Of a DNA stretch of 64,000 bases, positions 53,317 to 63,136 are shown in pieces. Position numbers and translations under genes: made by a program. The stretch comes from an uncultured delta proteobacterium (GTDB lineage: Bacteria > Desulfobacterota > Desulfobacteria > Desulfobacterales > JAFDCJ01): assembly GCA_963769935.1 (NCBI GenBank), contig CAVYNY010000013.1, forward strand, positions 480,001 to 544,000. Direction: 5' to 3'. Position 1 is the stretch's first letter, and the number at the start of each line of letters is the position of its first letter. The notes under the pieces were generated by a model. That model had not been told where the DNA came from. It saw nothing but the letters and a program-made list of their open reading frames with translations, and did no database searches.

Positions 53317-54999
53317 TCACCCAATCCCCTCGGCTTTGATAATGACCAGGGTAATATCATCCACGGTTTTTTGACCTCTGGTAAATGAATCGAGTTCGGC
53401 ATAAACGGCATTTAAAATGTCGCCGGCACTCGCAGCAGCGTTTTTCCGGATGACATTTTTTAGCCGTTCCTTGCCGAACATTTCACCTTCTTTGTTGAAC
53501 GCCTCCCAGATACCGTCCGTTCCGACGGCTATGACCTGACCTTTCGTCAGGCCGCTGCGATGATTCTGCTCGTAGTTAAAATGATCGTTGACTCCCAGGG
53601 CAACCCCGCTGCCTTTCAATTCATCAAATTCGTCCTGCGCCGGGTCATATAGCACGGCCGGATCATGCCCGGCCCGAACCCACTCGAGACGCTTTGCTGC
53701 GGGATCGATCGTCAGATAAAACAAGGTCATGAATCGGCCGCTTTCAAGCACATCGCGGGTGAGATGGTGGTTCATGGCGGTAACGATTTCGGCAATGGTT
53801 CCGGGCTGGGAAGCCCGCATGCGCAGAAACGCCCGGGCGGTCGTCATCAGCAGGGCGGAATCCACCCCGTGGCCGGAGATGTCACCCACCACGACACTGA
53901 ACGGACCTTTCCTGGAATCCCGCCGCCAGATAAAATCGAAGTAATCGCCGCCGATCTCATCGCAGGATACGTTTCGCCCGGCAATATCAAGCCCCTTCAC
54001 CCGGGGTTTGTCCTGGGGCAGCAGGCTTTTCTGGACTTCACCGGCCAGCGCCAGGGCTTTTTTGTGTTCGGTCATATCGGTTATAAAGGCCATGTTGCCG
54101 ATCACATGGCCCTGATCATCCCTGAGGGTGCTGCCGTGAACCAGAATCGGGATGATACGGCCGTCTTTGGCCACACTGCTGCCTTCAAACTCACGATACT
54201 CCCTGGTCAGGATGCTGTCTCGGTTGCTCAGCATATATTGTCTGAAATTATCGGTGGCCAGATCTAAGGGGGTTTTGCCGATCAATTCTTCCCGGCTGAA
54301 TCCGAGCATCTTGCAGTAGGCGGCGTTGACATCCAATATCACCAGATCTTCGTTCATCAAAATGAACCCTTCGCCGGCAGTTTCGACAATGCGGCGAAAT
54401 TTTTCTTCGCTTTTGCGCAGCGCGTCTTCGGCAAGCTTGCGCTCGGTGATGTCTACCAGAATACCCTGATTATGCGTTTTAACCCCGGCGGCATCCCGCA
54501 CCACCGAGGTTTGGTCTTCAACCCAGCGAACGTCGCCGGATTTTGTCAGGCAGCGATAGTACTGGGTGTATTCCTCCACATCCTGTTCGGCATATCCCAT
54601 AATCTCTTTTCCGATTCTTTCCATATCATCGGGATGTACGATCTCTCTGAAATGTATCTTGCCGCTTAAAAAGTCTTCCGCCTTATAGCCCATTTGACTG
54701 ATATTTTCGGAAACGTATTCCAGCCGGGCTTCATCGCCGGCTGTCCGCCGGAAAAGGATCACCGGACTCCGGTCGACAATCACCTCCGCCATGCGCAGCG
54801 CTTCTTCGGTCTGATCCCGCTGGGTACACTCCTGGTTGAGTTCCTCGGTTTGCGCCTGGCAGCGGGTTTGAATCTCAGCACATTGTTTTTGAACTTCTGC
54901 CAGGCGCCGGCGCAATTCGTCGGCTTCGGCAGACCGCCGCCTGAGATAATTCAGCTCTTCCATGAGCTCATTTTTTGTTTTTGCTGAATCCGCTTTCAT
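53317..54999 (-). CDS. PAS-PAS SpoIIE/RsbU-type PP2C phosphatase
   Basis: Two PAS/PAC (DITE), GGDYFD, GDISGHG, TDG, DDIT. Confidence 0.92.
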   Translation of the reverse strand: MKADSAKTKNELMEELNYLRRRSAEADELRRRLAEVQKQCAEIQTRCQAQTEELNQECTQRDQTEEALRMAEVIVDRSPVILFRRTAGDEARLEYVSENISQMGYKAEDFLSGKIHFREIVHPDDMERIGKEIMGYAEQDVEEYTQYYRCLTKSGDVRWVEDQTSVVRDAAGVKTHNQGILVDITERKLAEDALRKSEEKFRRIVETAGEGFILMNEDLVILDVNAAYCKMLGFSREELIGKTPLDLATDNFRQYMLSNRDSILTREYREFEGSSVAKDGRIIPILVHGSTLRDDQGHVIGNMAFITDMTEHKKALALAGEVQKSLLPQDKPRVKGLDIAGRNVSCDEIGGDYFDFIWRRDSRKGPFSVVVGDISGHGVDSALLMTTARAFLRMRASQPGTIAEIVTAMNHHLTRDVLESGRFMTLFYLTIDPAAKRLEWVRAGHDPAVLYDPAQDEFDELKGSGVALGVNDHFNYEQNHRSGLTKGQVIAVGTDGIWEAFNKEGEMFGKERLKNVIRKNAAASAGDILNAVYAELDSFTRGQKTVDDITLVIIKAEGIG

Positions 55000-55125
55000 T
55001 TTATATCTTCTTTATCCCGTGAAGATCGCAGCCAATAAAGATAAATTGATCACGAATGCATCAAAATCAAGGATGATGCTAAATTAACTTAATTTGAGCG
55101 ATATCCAAATGCCCACCCCCAGTCC

Positions 55126-55150
55126 GGGCGGGCGTAAAGCCCGCCCCTAC
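55126..55150 (-). repeat. GTAG-type REP hairpin
   Basis: Minus strand GTAGGGGCGGGCTTTACGCCCGCCC. Confidence 0.7.
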
Positions 55151-55208
55151 GATACTTTATCTTCCGGCATCCAGCAGCCGGCATCGAGTATCCAGCTTTC
55201 GCCATTTG

Positions 55209-56630
55209 TCATTTTTTATTTAGGATATGGGTGGCACTGCCCAGAAAAATTTCGGCCGCCTCCCCCTCGGTTTCGGAAAGAGTGGGATGGGGATGAATGC
55301 TCAGCGCCATATCTTCGGCCAGGGCGCCCATTTCCACGGCCAGCACCCCTTCGGAGATCAACCCCTCGGTATCGCGTCCGGCTATCCCGACGCCCAGGAT
55401 ACGCAGGGTTTCGGGCTCTGCGATGATTTTGGTTACGCCTTCGGGGGCCCCCATGGTTGTGGCCCGGCCGGAAAACTTCCAGGGAAAGCGCTGCACTTTG
55501 ATGGCCCGATTTTCCCGGCGGGCATCTTCCTCGGTCAGGCCGCACCAGGCGATTTGAGGATCGGTGTAGACAACGGCGGGAATGGCCCGGGCGTCGAAGG
55601 CCGAGGGTTGTCCGGCAATAACCTCGGCCGCGATTTTGCCCTCACGCGTGGCTTTGTGAGCCAGCATCATTCCGCCGGCGACATCGCCGACGGCAAATAT
55701 TTTTTTATCCGTTGTGCGCATCTGTTCGTCGATGATCACAAAACCTTTGTCATCCAGTTTGACTTTGGTATTTTCAAGTCCCAGCCCCTGCGATGCCGGA
55801 CGGCGTCCGATGGCAACCAGCACCCGGTCAAAAGTCTGCGGCCGACCATCGACCTCGCCTTCCAGCTTAACATCCACGCCGCTATCGTGTTCCTCCAGTG
55901 AAACCACTTTGGTTTTTAAATGAATGCCGGCAAATATGCTCTTGAGCTTGCGATGCAACGGTTCCACCAGGTCCTGATCAACGCCCGGCAATAGCCGATC
56001 CAGGTATTCAACCAGCGTGATCTGCGATCCCAGGGCCGCATAAACGGTACCTAATTCCAGACCGACGTATCCGCCGCCCACTATCAGCAGCCTTGGTGGG
56101 ATGTCCGCCAGGCTCAGGGCCCCGGTGGAATCCATTATTCTGCCGCCCGCCTTGAACTCAGTGCCGGGAAATGGGACCGGCCGGGATCCTGTCGCTATGA
56201 TTGCATTCCGGAATTTAATGCGCCTGATCTCAGAATCGCGCAAACGAACCGTATCGGCGCTTTCGAATTCCGCCCGTCCTCTGATAAGCTGCACCCCCCG
56301 CCGGTTGCTGAGGCTGACCAACCCATCGGCCATCTTATCGATTACCCGGGCTTTCCAGCTGCGCAGTCCCTCTAAATCAATTTGCGGTTTGCCGAACGAA
56401 ATCCCCATCGACGGGGCCTTTTCGGCATCATAGATAAGTTCCGCCAGGTACAAAAACGTCTTGGAAGGAATACACCCCTCAAACAAGCACACGCCGCCGG
56501 GACGCGCAGCCGTATCTACCATGGTCACGTCCAGGCCCAGGTCCGCCGCGCGGAATGCAGCGGCATATCCTCCCGGCCCGTTGCCGATAACCAGCAATTC
56601 CGCCTCCTGCATCAATTCACCCATGACCAT
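55209..56630 (-). CDS. lpdA: Dihydrolipoyl dehydrogenase (E3)
   Basis: GPGGY, GGVCLFEGCIPSK, HPHPTLSE. Confidence 0.96.
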   Translation of the reverse strand: MVMGELMQEAELLVIGNGPGGYAAAFRAADLGLDVTMVDTAARPGGVCLFEGCIPSKTFLYLAELIYDAEKAPSMGISFGKPQIDLEGLRSWKARVIDKMADGLVSLSNRRGVQLIRGRAEFESADTVRLRDSEIRRIKFRNAIIATGSRPVPFPGTEFKAGGRIMDSTGALSLADIPPRLLIVGGGYVGLELGTVYAALGSQITLVEYLDRLLPGVDQDLVEPLHRKLKSIFAGIHLKTKVVSLEEHDSGVDVKLEGEVDGRPQTFDRVLVAIGRRPASQGLGLENTKVKLDDKGFVIIDEQMRTTDKKIFAVGDVAGGMMLAHKATREGKIAAEVIAGQPSAFDARAIPAVVYTDPQIAWCGLTEEDARRENRAIKVQRFPWKFSGRATTMGAPEGVTKIIAEPETLRILGVGIAGRDTEGLISEGVLAVEMGALAEDMALSIHPHPTLSETEGEAAEIFLGSATHILNKK

Positions 56631-56710
56631 GGAAAAACCTCCGGTTTTGTGTTTTGCAGATTGTATGTTGTGTATTGTTAATCGTTAGTTGTCAATTGTC
56701 AGTGGTCAGC

Positions 56711-57074
56711 CCGGCCGCCGGCCAAAACAACGGCCGATCTGATCAAAAAAGAAACTAATGAACGTCGGACATCAATTCACTGTTCCAAACTCCTGAAGTT
56801 TCACACGAGCCAGGCCGCTGGCCCAAAAGACGGCCAGATTAATCGAGAAAGAAACTTTTGGAAATTCGGGCTCAGTTGGATTTACTATCACGCCCACTCC
56901 GTTAGAGCTCACAGAGGCCGCGGAGAACATTTTTCTTTCGCCGCAGGCGGCTGCCAACCCGAACCTCTGTGACCTCTGAGCGCTCTGTGTGAGATGTAGT
57001 TTCATATAAGCACCGCCTCCGGCCGCCAGCGTCCAGTCTGATCGTAGAAGAAACTTAATGTAGCTTCATATAAG
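56711..57074 (+). repeat. Three degenerate ~37-46 bp direct repeats inside the dehydrogenase operon
   Basis: GGCCGC...ATC....AAGAAACT at 56711, 56811 and 57019. Confidence 0.7.
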
Positions 57075-57175
57075 TTGTATAGAAAGTGCTTAGGGTATCG
57101 CCGATTTTTACATGCTGTTCGACTGACCTGCCAAAAACACACAACATACGACCTACAACACGCAATTCCCATTTT

Positions 57176-58450
57176 TTACACCATACTCATTAAAAGCTCA
57201 TCCGGGTCTTCCAGCGTATCCACCAGGACTTTGAGAAACCGAATGGCATCCGCTCCGTCCAGCACCCGGTGATCGATGCACAACACAATCGGCATCATCA
57301 GCCGCGGGACAATCGTGTAATCGCCTTTTCCCTGTTCCCTGACAACGGGTTGCATACGCGCCTGGCCCATGCCCAGAATGGCAACCTCGGGGTAATTGAT
57401 GATCGGCGCAAAAAAACCGCCGCCCATGGCTCCGGCATTGGTAATCGTAAACGTGCCGCCCTGCATTTCTTCGACGCTCGTTTTGCGGTCCCTCGTTCGC
57501 TGCACCAGGCCGGTCAACTCAATAGCCAACTCTTTGATGCTTTTGCGGTCCACATCCCGAACCACCGGCACAATAAGGCCGCGGTCGGTGTTCACGGCCA
57601 CTCCGACATTGTAATAGTGCTTGACGATGATCTCGTTGTTTTGAACATCCAGCGTCGCATTAAAATTCGGATAGGCTTTCAATGCGGTGGCAACCGCTTT
57701 AAGGGCAAATACGGTTATGGTTAGTTTTCCGCCGACAGCTTCAATTTCCTTTTTATGCTTTTGGCGAAACGCTTCCAGCCGGGTGACGTCGATGACATCC
57801 TGGCTGTTGACGTGGGGAATCTGCGACCAGGCCAGAGACATTTGCCGGGCGGTTGCCCGGCGGATGGAACGAAACGCAATTCGTTCGACATTACCCCACC
57901 TGGTAAAATCGGGCAGGGGTGGAATGGTTTCTGGAGGCCGGGGCTCGGGAGTGGAAGGCGCAACCGCCGCTGCCGGCTTTTCTTTTCCGGCAAAGCCACG
58001 CACATCCTCGGCTGTTACCAGGCCTTTTGATCCGGTGGGTGTCACCTGGTGAATATCAACCCCCAGCTCGCGGGCCAGCCGTCTGGTCGCCGGTGAAGCC
58101 GGAACCGGACCTTTTTTAGGCGCCGGCTGCACCGGCCCGGCTGCGGCGGGTTCCCCGGCCGGCGCCGCCGGTTTCTGCGGGGGTTCCTTCTCTGCAACCG
58201 GCCGCGCCTCTTCGCCATTGGAGAACGTCATCATCACATCACCGACCTTGACGATATCGCCCGGTTTGACCAATATTTCCTGGACCCTGCCGTTAAACGG
58301 CGACGGGATTTCCACCGCCGCCTTATCCGTTTCTACTTCCAGGATAATATCGCCCTCTTTTACTTCCTGCCCGACTTCAACCGGTACGGCCAGGACTTCA
58401 CCTTCATGGATGCCTTCTCCGAGATCCGGCAGTTTGAACGACTTGGACAT
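57176..58450 (-). CDS. pdhC: 2-oxoacid dehydrogenase E2 (dihydrolipoamide acyltransferase)
   Basis: ETDKA lipoyl site, ASPATRRLARE, DHRVLDG. Confidence 0.92.
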   Translation of the reverse strand: MSKSFKLPDLGEGIHEGEVLAVPVEVGQEVKEGDIILEVETDKAAVEIPSPFNGRVQEILVKPGDIVKVGDVMMTFSNGEEARPVAEKEPPQKPAAPAGEPAAAGPVQPAPKKGPVPASPATRRLARELGVDIHQVTPTGSKGLVTAEDVRGFAGKEKPAAAVAPSTPEPRPPETIPPLPDFTRWGNVERIAFRSIRRATARQMSLAWSQIPHVNSQDVIDVTRLEAFRQKHKKEIEAVGGKLTITVFALKAVATALKAYPNFNATLDVQNNEIIVKHYYNVGVAVNTDRGLIVPVVRDVDRKSIKELAIELTGLVQRTRDRKTSVEEMQGGTFTITNAGAMGGGFFAPIINYPEVAILGMGQARMQPVVREQGKGDYTIVPRLMMPIVLCIDHRVLDGADAIRFLKVLVDTLEDPDELLMSMV

Positions 58451-58527
58451 TGAGACCCCCCTAACTCATTAATGGAGTTCACCTTGGCTTTTCAGATAAA
58501 ATTTTGATACCCAAGCATAGCCAAAGG

Positions 58528-58655
58528 ATTGAAAATTGAAGATTGTAAATTGAATATTGGAAGGTATGCGATCCTTATTTTAAGGTCAGTTATAAAAAAA
58601 CAGACGGAGTGAAACGACATCCGCAAATATTCAATATTCAATTTTCACTATTCAT
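58528..58655. repeat. Palindromic ATTGAA/TTCAAT heptamer element, copy 3
   Basis: ATTGAAA ATTGAAG ATTGTAA ATTGAAT ... GACGGAGTGAAACGACATCCGCAAAT ATTCAAT ATTCAAT. Confidence 0.75.
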
Positions 58656-59631
58656 TTTTGAGCACTCTTCTGGCTGCTCTGATAATCCGCTGCGCATTCG
58701 GGATATAGGCTTTCTCGCGACTGAACAACGGCGGGATGAGGTCAAAACCCGTCACACGCGCGATCGGGGCTTCCAGATAGTAAAACGCCTTTTCCATTAT
58801 GCGGGCGACGATTTCCGCCCCCGGACCGAAGCTGCGGGGGGATTCGTGAACAACCAGGGCGCGGCCGGTTTTTGTTACCGACCGGACAAAAAGTTCATCG
58901 TCCAGCGGAGAAACGGTCAGCAGATCGATGACTTCGGCTTCGACGCCTTCCTCGTCTCCTAAGACGGCAGCGGCTTCAAGCGTTGGACGCATCATGGCGC
59001 CATACGATATCATGGTCAAATCCCGGCCCTCCCGCACAACCCGTGACCGTCCGATGGGCATGGTTTCCTCCTCTTCGGGTACTTCTTCCCGAAAGGCCCG
59101 GTAAAGCGCCTTGGCTTCATAAAAGATCACCGGGTCGGGATCGCGTATGGCACTGACCAGCAGCGCCCGGGCGGTGCGCGGACCGGACGGAATAACCATC
59201 TTCAAACCCGGTGTATGGGCCCAGTAGGCTTCGCGGCTTTCGGAATGATGCTCAAGGGCCCGCACGCCGGCGCCATAGGGGGCTCGAAGCACCATGGGCA
59301 CGTGGTACCGGCCCTGGGTTCGCGTTCGGAATCGGGCGGCGTGATTTTCGATCTGGTGAAACGTCTGATAGCTGAAACCTGAAAATTGGATTTCACAGAC
59401 CGGCTTGAGACCGTAAAGCGCCATGCCGATTGACATTCCCGCTATGGCGGATTCCGCCAGGGGTGTATCCAGCACCCGCTCCTCGCCAAACCGGTTGATA
59501 AGCCCGTCGGTTACGCGAAAAACGCCGCCGTCCACGCCGACATCTTCACCGAGCACGATAACCCCGTCATCTTTCTCCATCTCCTGACGCAGGGCCAGGT
59601 TGAGGGCCTGAACCATCGTCATCTTAGCCAT
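58648..59631 (-). CDS. pdhB: 2-oxoacid dehydrogenase E1 beta
   Basis: GEDVG..GGVFR, DTPLAE, EHHSES. Confidence 0.92.
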   Translation of the reverse strand: MAKMTMVQALNLALRQEMEKDDGVIVLGEDVGVDGGVFRVTDGLINRFGEERVLDTPLAESAIAGMSIGMALYGLKPVCEIQFSGFSYQTFHQIENHAARFRTRTQGRYHVPMVLRAPYGAGVRALEHHSESREAYWAHTPGLKMVIPSGPRTARALLVSAIRDPDPVIFYEAKALYRAFREEVPEEEETMPIGRSRVVREGRDLTMISYGAMMRPTLEAAAVLGDEEGVEAEVIDLLTVSPLDDELFVRSVTKTGRALVVHESPRSFGPGAEIVARIMEKAFYYLEAPIARVTGFDLIPPLFSREKAYIPNAQRIIRAARRVLKNE

Positions 59632-60730
59632 CCTGCCCCTCCTTTGCCATCGCTTCCAATTCTCCGATCAATTCTTCTTTTTGTTCCTTCAAGGTGGGAG
59701 GCATCTTCTCATAGTGGTGGTTGAACATATCTATTGGATCGCCCAGGGTTTTCATCTTTTCTTCAGCCCTGTCGACGGCCGATTGAATTTCATCCAGCAC
59801 GGCGGTCTCGATATCGGCAATTTTTTCTTGTGCCAGAAGCCCCCTTTCAGACAAATACTTCTGAAACCGTATTAGCGGATCCCTTTGTTTCCAAAGTTCC
59901 ACTTCCTGATCCGTACGATAGCGCCGCGGATCGTCGGCCGTGGTGTGCATCGTCATCCGATAGGTAACGCACTCGATCAATGTGGGGCCGCCTCCGGATC
60001 GGGCGCGCTGGACGGCTTCTTGAGCGGCGGCATAAGATGCCAATATGTCATTGCCGTCAATTTGTATGCCCGGCATGCCGTATGCCAGGGCTTTTTGGGC
60101 GATTGTTTCGGATCTTGTCTGTTTTGCGCGCGGGTGCGATATGGCCCATTGATTGTTCTGGCAGACAAAAATTACCGGGGTCTGAAATACACCGGCGAAA
60201 TTGAGCCCCTCGTGAAAATCGCCCTGAGAAGTTGCTCCGTCTCCAAAAAAAACCATCACAACCCGATCTGTTTTGCGGTATCTGCCGGCCCAGGCTAAAC
60301 CTACCGCATGCAGAATTTGGGTTCCGACCGGAACGGACATAGGGAGATCATTGCTGTCCTGCGGTATCTCAACCCCCTCACTGAAGCCATTGTTGTAAAT
60401 AATCATGCTTTCCAGCGATCGTCCCCGCCATATTTCAGCGCCGGCCTCCCGAAAGGCCGGTACAAACCAGTCGGAAGGCTCCAGAACGGCTACGGCCCCC
60501 AGGTGCGATGCTTCCTGCCCGCTGGTGGGTGGAAAGGTGCCGATCCGTCCCTGCCGCTGCAGGTTCAACAGGCGCTCATCGAATTTTCGAGCCAGCACCA
60601 TGGTGCGGTAAAGTTTGAGGAGAATTTCTTCAGGAATATCCGGTACAAGCTTCGCATCGCAGGCGCCCTTCTCATCTAAAATTGAAAGATATTCCAGATG
60701 CTGCGCCAATTTGATCTTTTTCCTTGGCAT
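59624..60730 (-). CDS. pdhA: 2-oxoacid dehydrogenase E1 alpha (pyruvate or branched-chain)
   Basis: LQRQGR, GDGATSQG..NN TPP motif, HTTADDP. Confidence 0.9.
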   Translation of the reverse strand: MPRKKIKLAQHLEYLSILDEKGACDAKLVPDIPEEILLKLYRTMVLARKFDERLLNLQRQGRIGTFPPTSGQEASHLGAVAVLEPSDWFVPAFREAGAEIWRGRSLESMIIYNNGFSEGVEIPQDSNDLPMSVPVGTQILHAVGLAWAGRYRKTDRVVMVFFGDGATSQGDFHEGLNFAGVFQTPVIFVCQNNQWAISHPRAKQTRSETIAQKALAYGMPGIQIDGNDILASYAAAQEAVQRARSGGGPTLIECVTYRMTMHTTADDPRRYRTDQEVELWKQRDPLIRFQKYLSERGLLAQEKIADIETAVLDEIQSAVDRAEEKMKTLGDPIDMFNHHYEKMPPTLKEQKEELIGELEAMAKEGQDG

Positions 60731-61057
60731 GGTTTTACTCCCGATTATTGTTAAGTGCAATATGTTACCAAATTTCACTTAGTCAAGGTTGAAAGAATTT
60801 AACTACTTAATATTCACATTGCTTCTAGGCAGGGGGGGAAGTATTGAGGCCAGGCCTGTTTAGAACCGGTTCGACCGTAGGTTCTAAACCCGGCTCTAGT
60901 AAAAGGAAAAGAAAACATTAAACGGGCAAGTAAGAAAAGAGTCCAACAAAGGAGTTTGAAAGCCTTGGTAACGTTGGCTTCATCCGGCAACCCGCTGCAG
61001 GCAAAACACCAGTTGACTGAAAAACGGAAATACTCACAGCGAGTATTTTTCAGGAAA

Positions 61058-61294
61058 TTATTCTACAATTTCAAGCACAACCCGTTTGCGCTCCTTGGCT
61101 GAAGCTGCACCTATAATTGTCCGCAGCGATCTTGCCGTCCGGCCCTGTTTGCCGATAATTTTGCCGAGATCCTCTTTGGCCACTTTCAGTTCCAGCACGG
61201 TTGCCTGATTGCCTTCTATTGCCGTCACCATCACTTCTTCGGGCTTGTCCACCAGCGCACGGGCGATAAGTTCGACCAGATCTTTCATTGCCAT
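61058..61294 (-). CDS. khpA: KH domain RNA-binding protein
   Basis: [22 protein letters not shown]. Confidence 0.9.
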   Translation of the reverse strand: MAMKDLVELIARALVDKPEEVMVTAIEGNQATVLELKVAKEDLGKIIGKQGRTARSLRTIIGAASAKERKRVVLEIVE

Positions 61295-61478
61295 TCTCCT
61301 TCATTACCCGTTAAAACCGTGTTAAAATTTATTTAATAGTTTCATCTTCTCGACTTGTAAATAGGGTAAACAATGTATTTTATAATGAGAAATGCAGTAT
61401 TGTATTGACTTGTTTTCTCTTTTATCTGTTGTATTTTCTAAAGGCTGTCACAATTTCAGATATTGGAGGGATTCTATC

Positions 61479-62634
61479 ATGGATTTTGCTGTCCCGCCGT
61501 CCGTATCGCAAGATCTTAGTCGTTTCAAGGAGTTTATCAAAACCCATGTATCGCCGGACCTGAAATCCTGGACTCGTCAACGAGAGTTGCCGCCGGCCTT
61601 CTTCCAACGCATGGGAGAAGGCAGCTGGTTTGGTCTGGGGTTTCGGGACGGGCGCCTCACCCGGGAGTCGGCCTTAAAGGAAGCGCTGGTGGCAGAGGAA
61701 CTGGCTGTTGTCTCACCGGGAGTCGCTATCGCTGCTTTAGCGCATGTTGATTTGGGGTTGATGGGCGTGTTCCTTTTCGGGGCGCCCAATCATCATCAGA
61801 CTTACGGGGCATCGGCCGTGCAGGGCCGGACCGTGATGTGTCTCGGAAACACCGAAAATATGGCGGGCAGCGATGTCGCCGGCATTTCCATGACCGCGAC
61901 GAAAGTCGACGGCGGGTGGAGTCTGAACGGAACCAAGGCCTATGTCACCAACGGGAATATCGCCGATCTGGGCGTCATGACCGCTGTCTCGGATCCGCAG
62001 GCGTCCAGGAACAGCCGCTTATCCATGTACCTGGTCAATCTGTCCTCCGCTGGGGTCGGCCGCACAAAATTGAACAAACAGGTATGGATTCCATCTGATT
62101 TGACGCGCTTGAAATTTGACAATGTCTTCGTGCCGGATGATCACCTTTTGGGGGTCCGGGGTCGGGGATTGCAGCAGGTACTTGAAATCTTTACCAACAG
62201 CCGGGTGCCGATTTCCGCCCTGACGTTGGGCGGTGCGGTCGGCGCTTTCAACCTGGCCGTCAGCCATATGCAAAAACGCCGGATTTTCGGCCAAAAAATT
62301 ATGGATTTTCAGGCCAAAGCATTTGAGACTGTCGGAATTTTACGCCAGGCTTGAAGCCGCCCGGCTGATGCTGTGGAAAGCCTGTTGGGAAATTGATCAG
62401 GGTGGGGATTTTCGCCAGGCGGCATCCCTGGCCAAATACCTTTCGGTTGAGGTCGCCCGGGAAGTAACTGTCTGGGCGGCGGATATTTTCGGCGCCGCTT
62501 CGGTGGTTCATGAGCACCCCATCCACAAATACCCCATGGACACCTGGGGCGCCTCCCTGGGTGAAGGCACGCAGGATGTGCAGAAGCTGATAATATTTCG
62601 GGAATTTATGAAGCGCCGGCACGCGATTGGGTAG
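61479..62634 (+). CDS. Acyl-CoA dehydrogenase family protein; frameshift near 62328
   Basis: TE..AGSD, LNGTKAYVTNG, R.IFG, AK, GEGT; removing one base joins the two ORFs. Confidence 0.85.
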
Positions 62635-62717
62635 TCAGTTGTCCGTTGCTTGTAGTTTCTGATTCCTGGTCTAACGTAGCAGAGTGCCGCAGCCTGCTCC
62701 GGAAGTGCAATTTGCAG

Positions 62718-63045
62718 TTATCTGCTGGGGTCGACTGCCCAGCCTTCTACCTCTAATTTTACTATACGATTGAATTCCTTTGTGTTGTGCGTGACGACGA
62801 CTAATTTGTTAGCCCGTGCAATGGCAGCGATTTGAAGATCTCTTTCACTTATAACTATTCCGTCTTTTTCGAGCTGAGTTCTTATTGTGGAGTACATGCG
62901 AGCAGCAAGCTCGTCAAAAGGATATACTCCAAGCTGCGAATGAATGTGTTCAATTTTATTGCGCCGCTCATTCTTCTTGACTGGCGATTTTTCAATTCCG
63001 TAATATATCTCCGCCAACGTAACAGTGCAAATTGAAATCCTGGTC
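62718..63045 (-). pseudogene. vapC: N-terminally truncated VapC/PIN toxin
   Basis: ISICTVTLAEIYYG, DLQIAAIA, VTHNTKEF present; DTN motif, proper start and antitoxin absent. Confidence 0.75.
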
Positions 63046-63136
63046 CTTTGGGACCGTCGGAGTTCCCGCTCAGCGGGGTCAGAGTAACCGGCTATGCCGA
63101 AAACAGATGCCGTGGAACGAAGGAAAAACTGAAAAA

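Noticed and set aside
56711..57074. CRISPR array
   Set aside because: Repeats are degenerate and unevenly spaced; no cas genes
60960..61020. c-di-GMP-I riboswitch (GCGGGTTGCCG on minus strand)
   Set aside because: GGCAAA, GAAA tetraloop and GACGCAAA elements are missing
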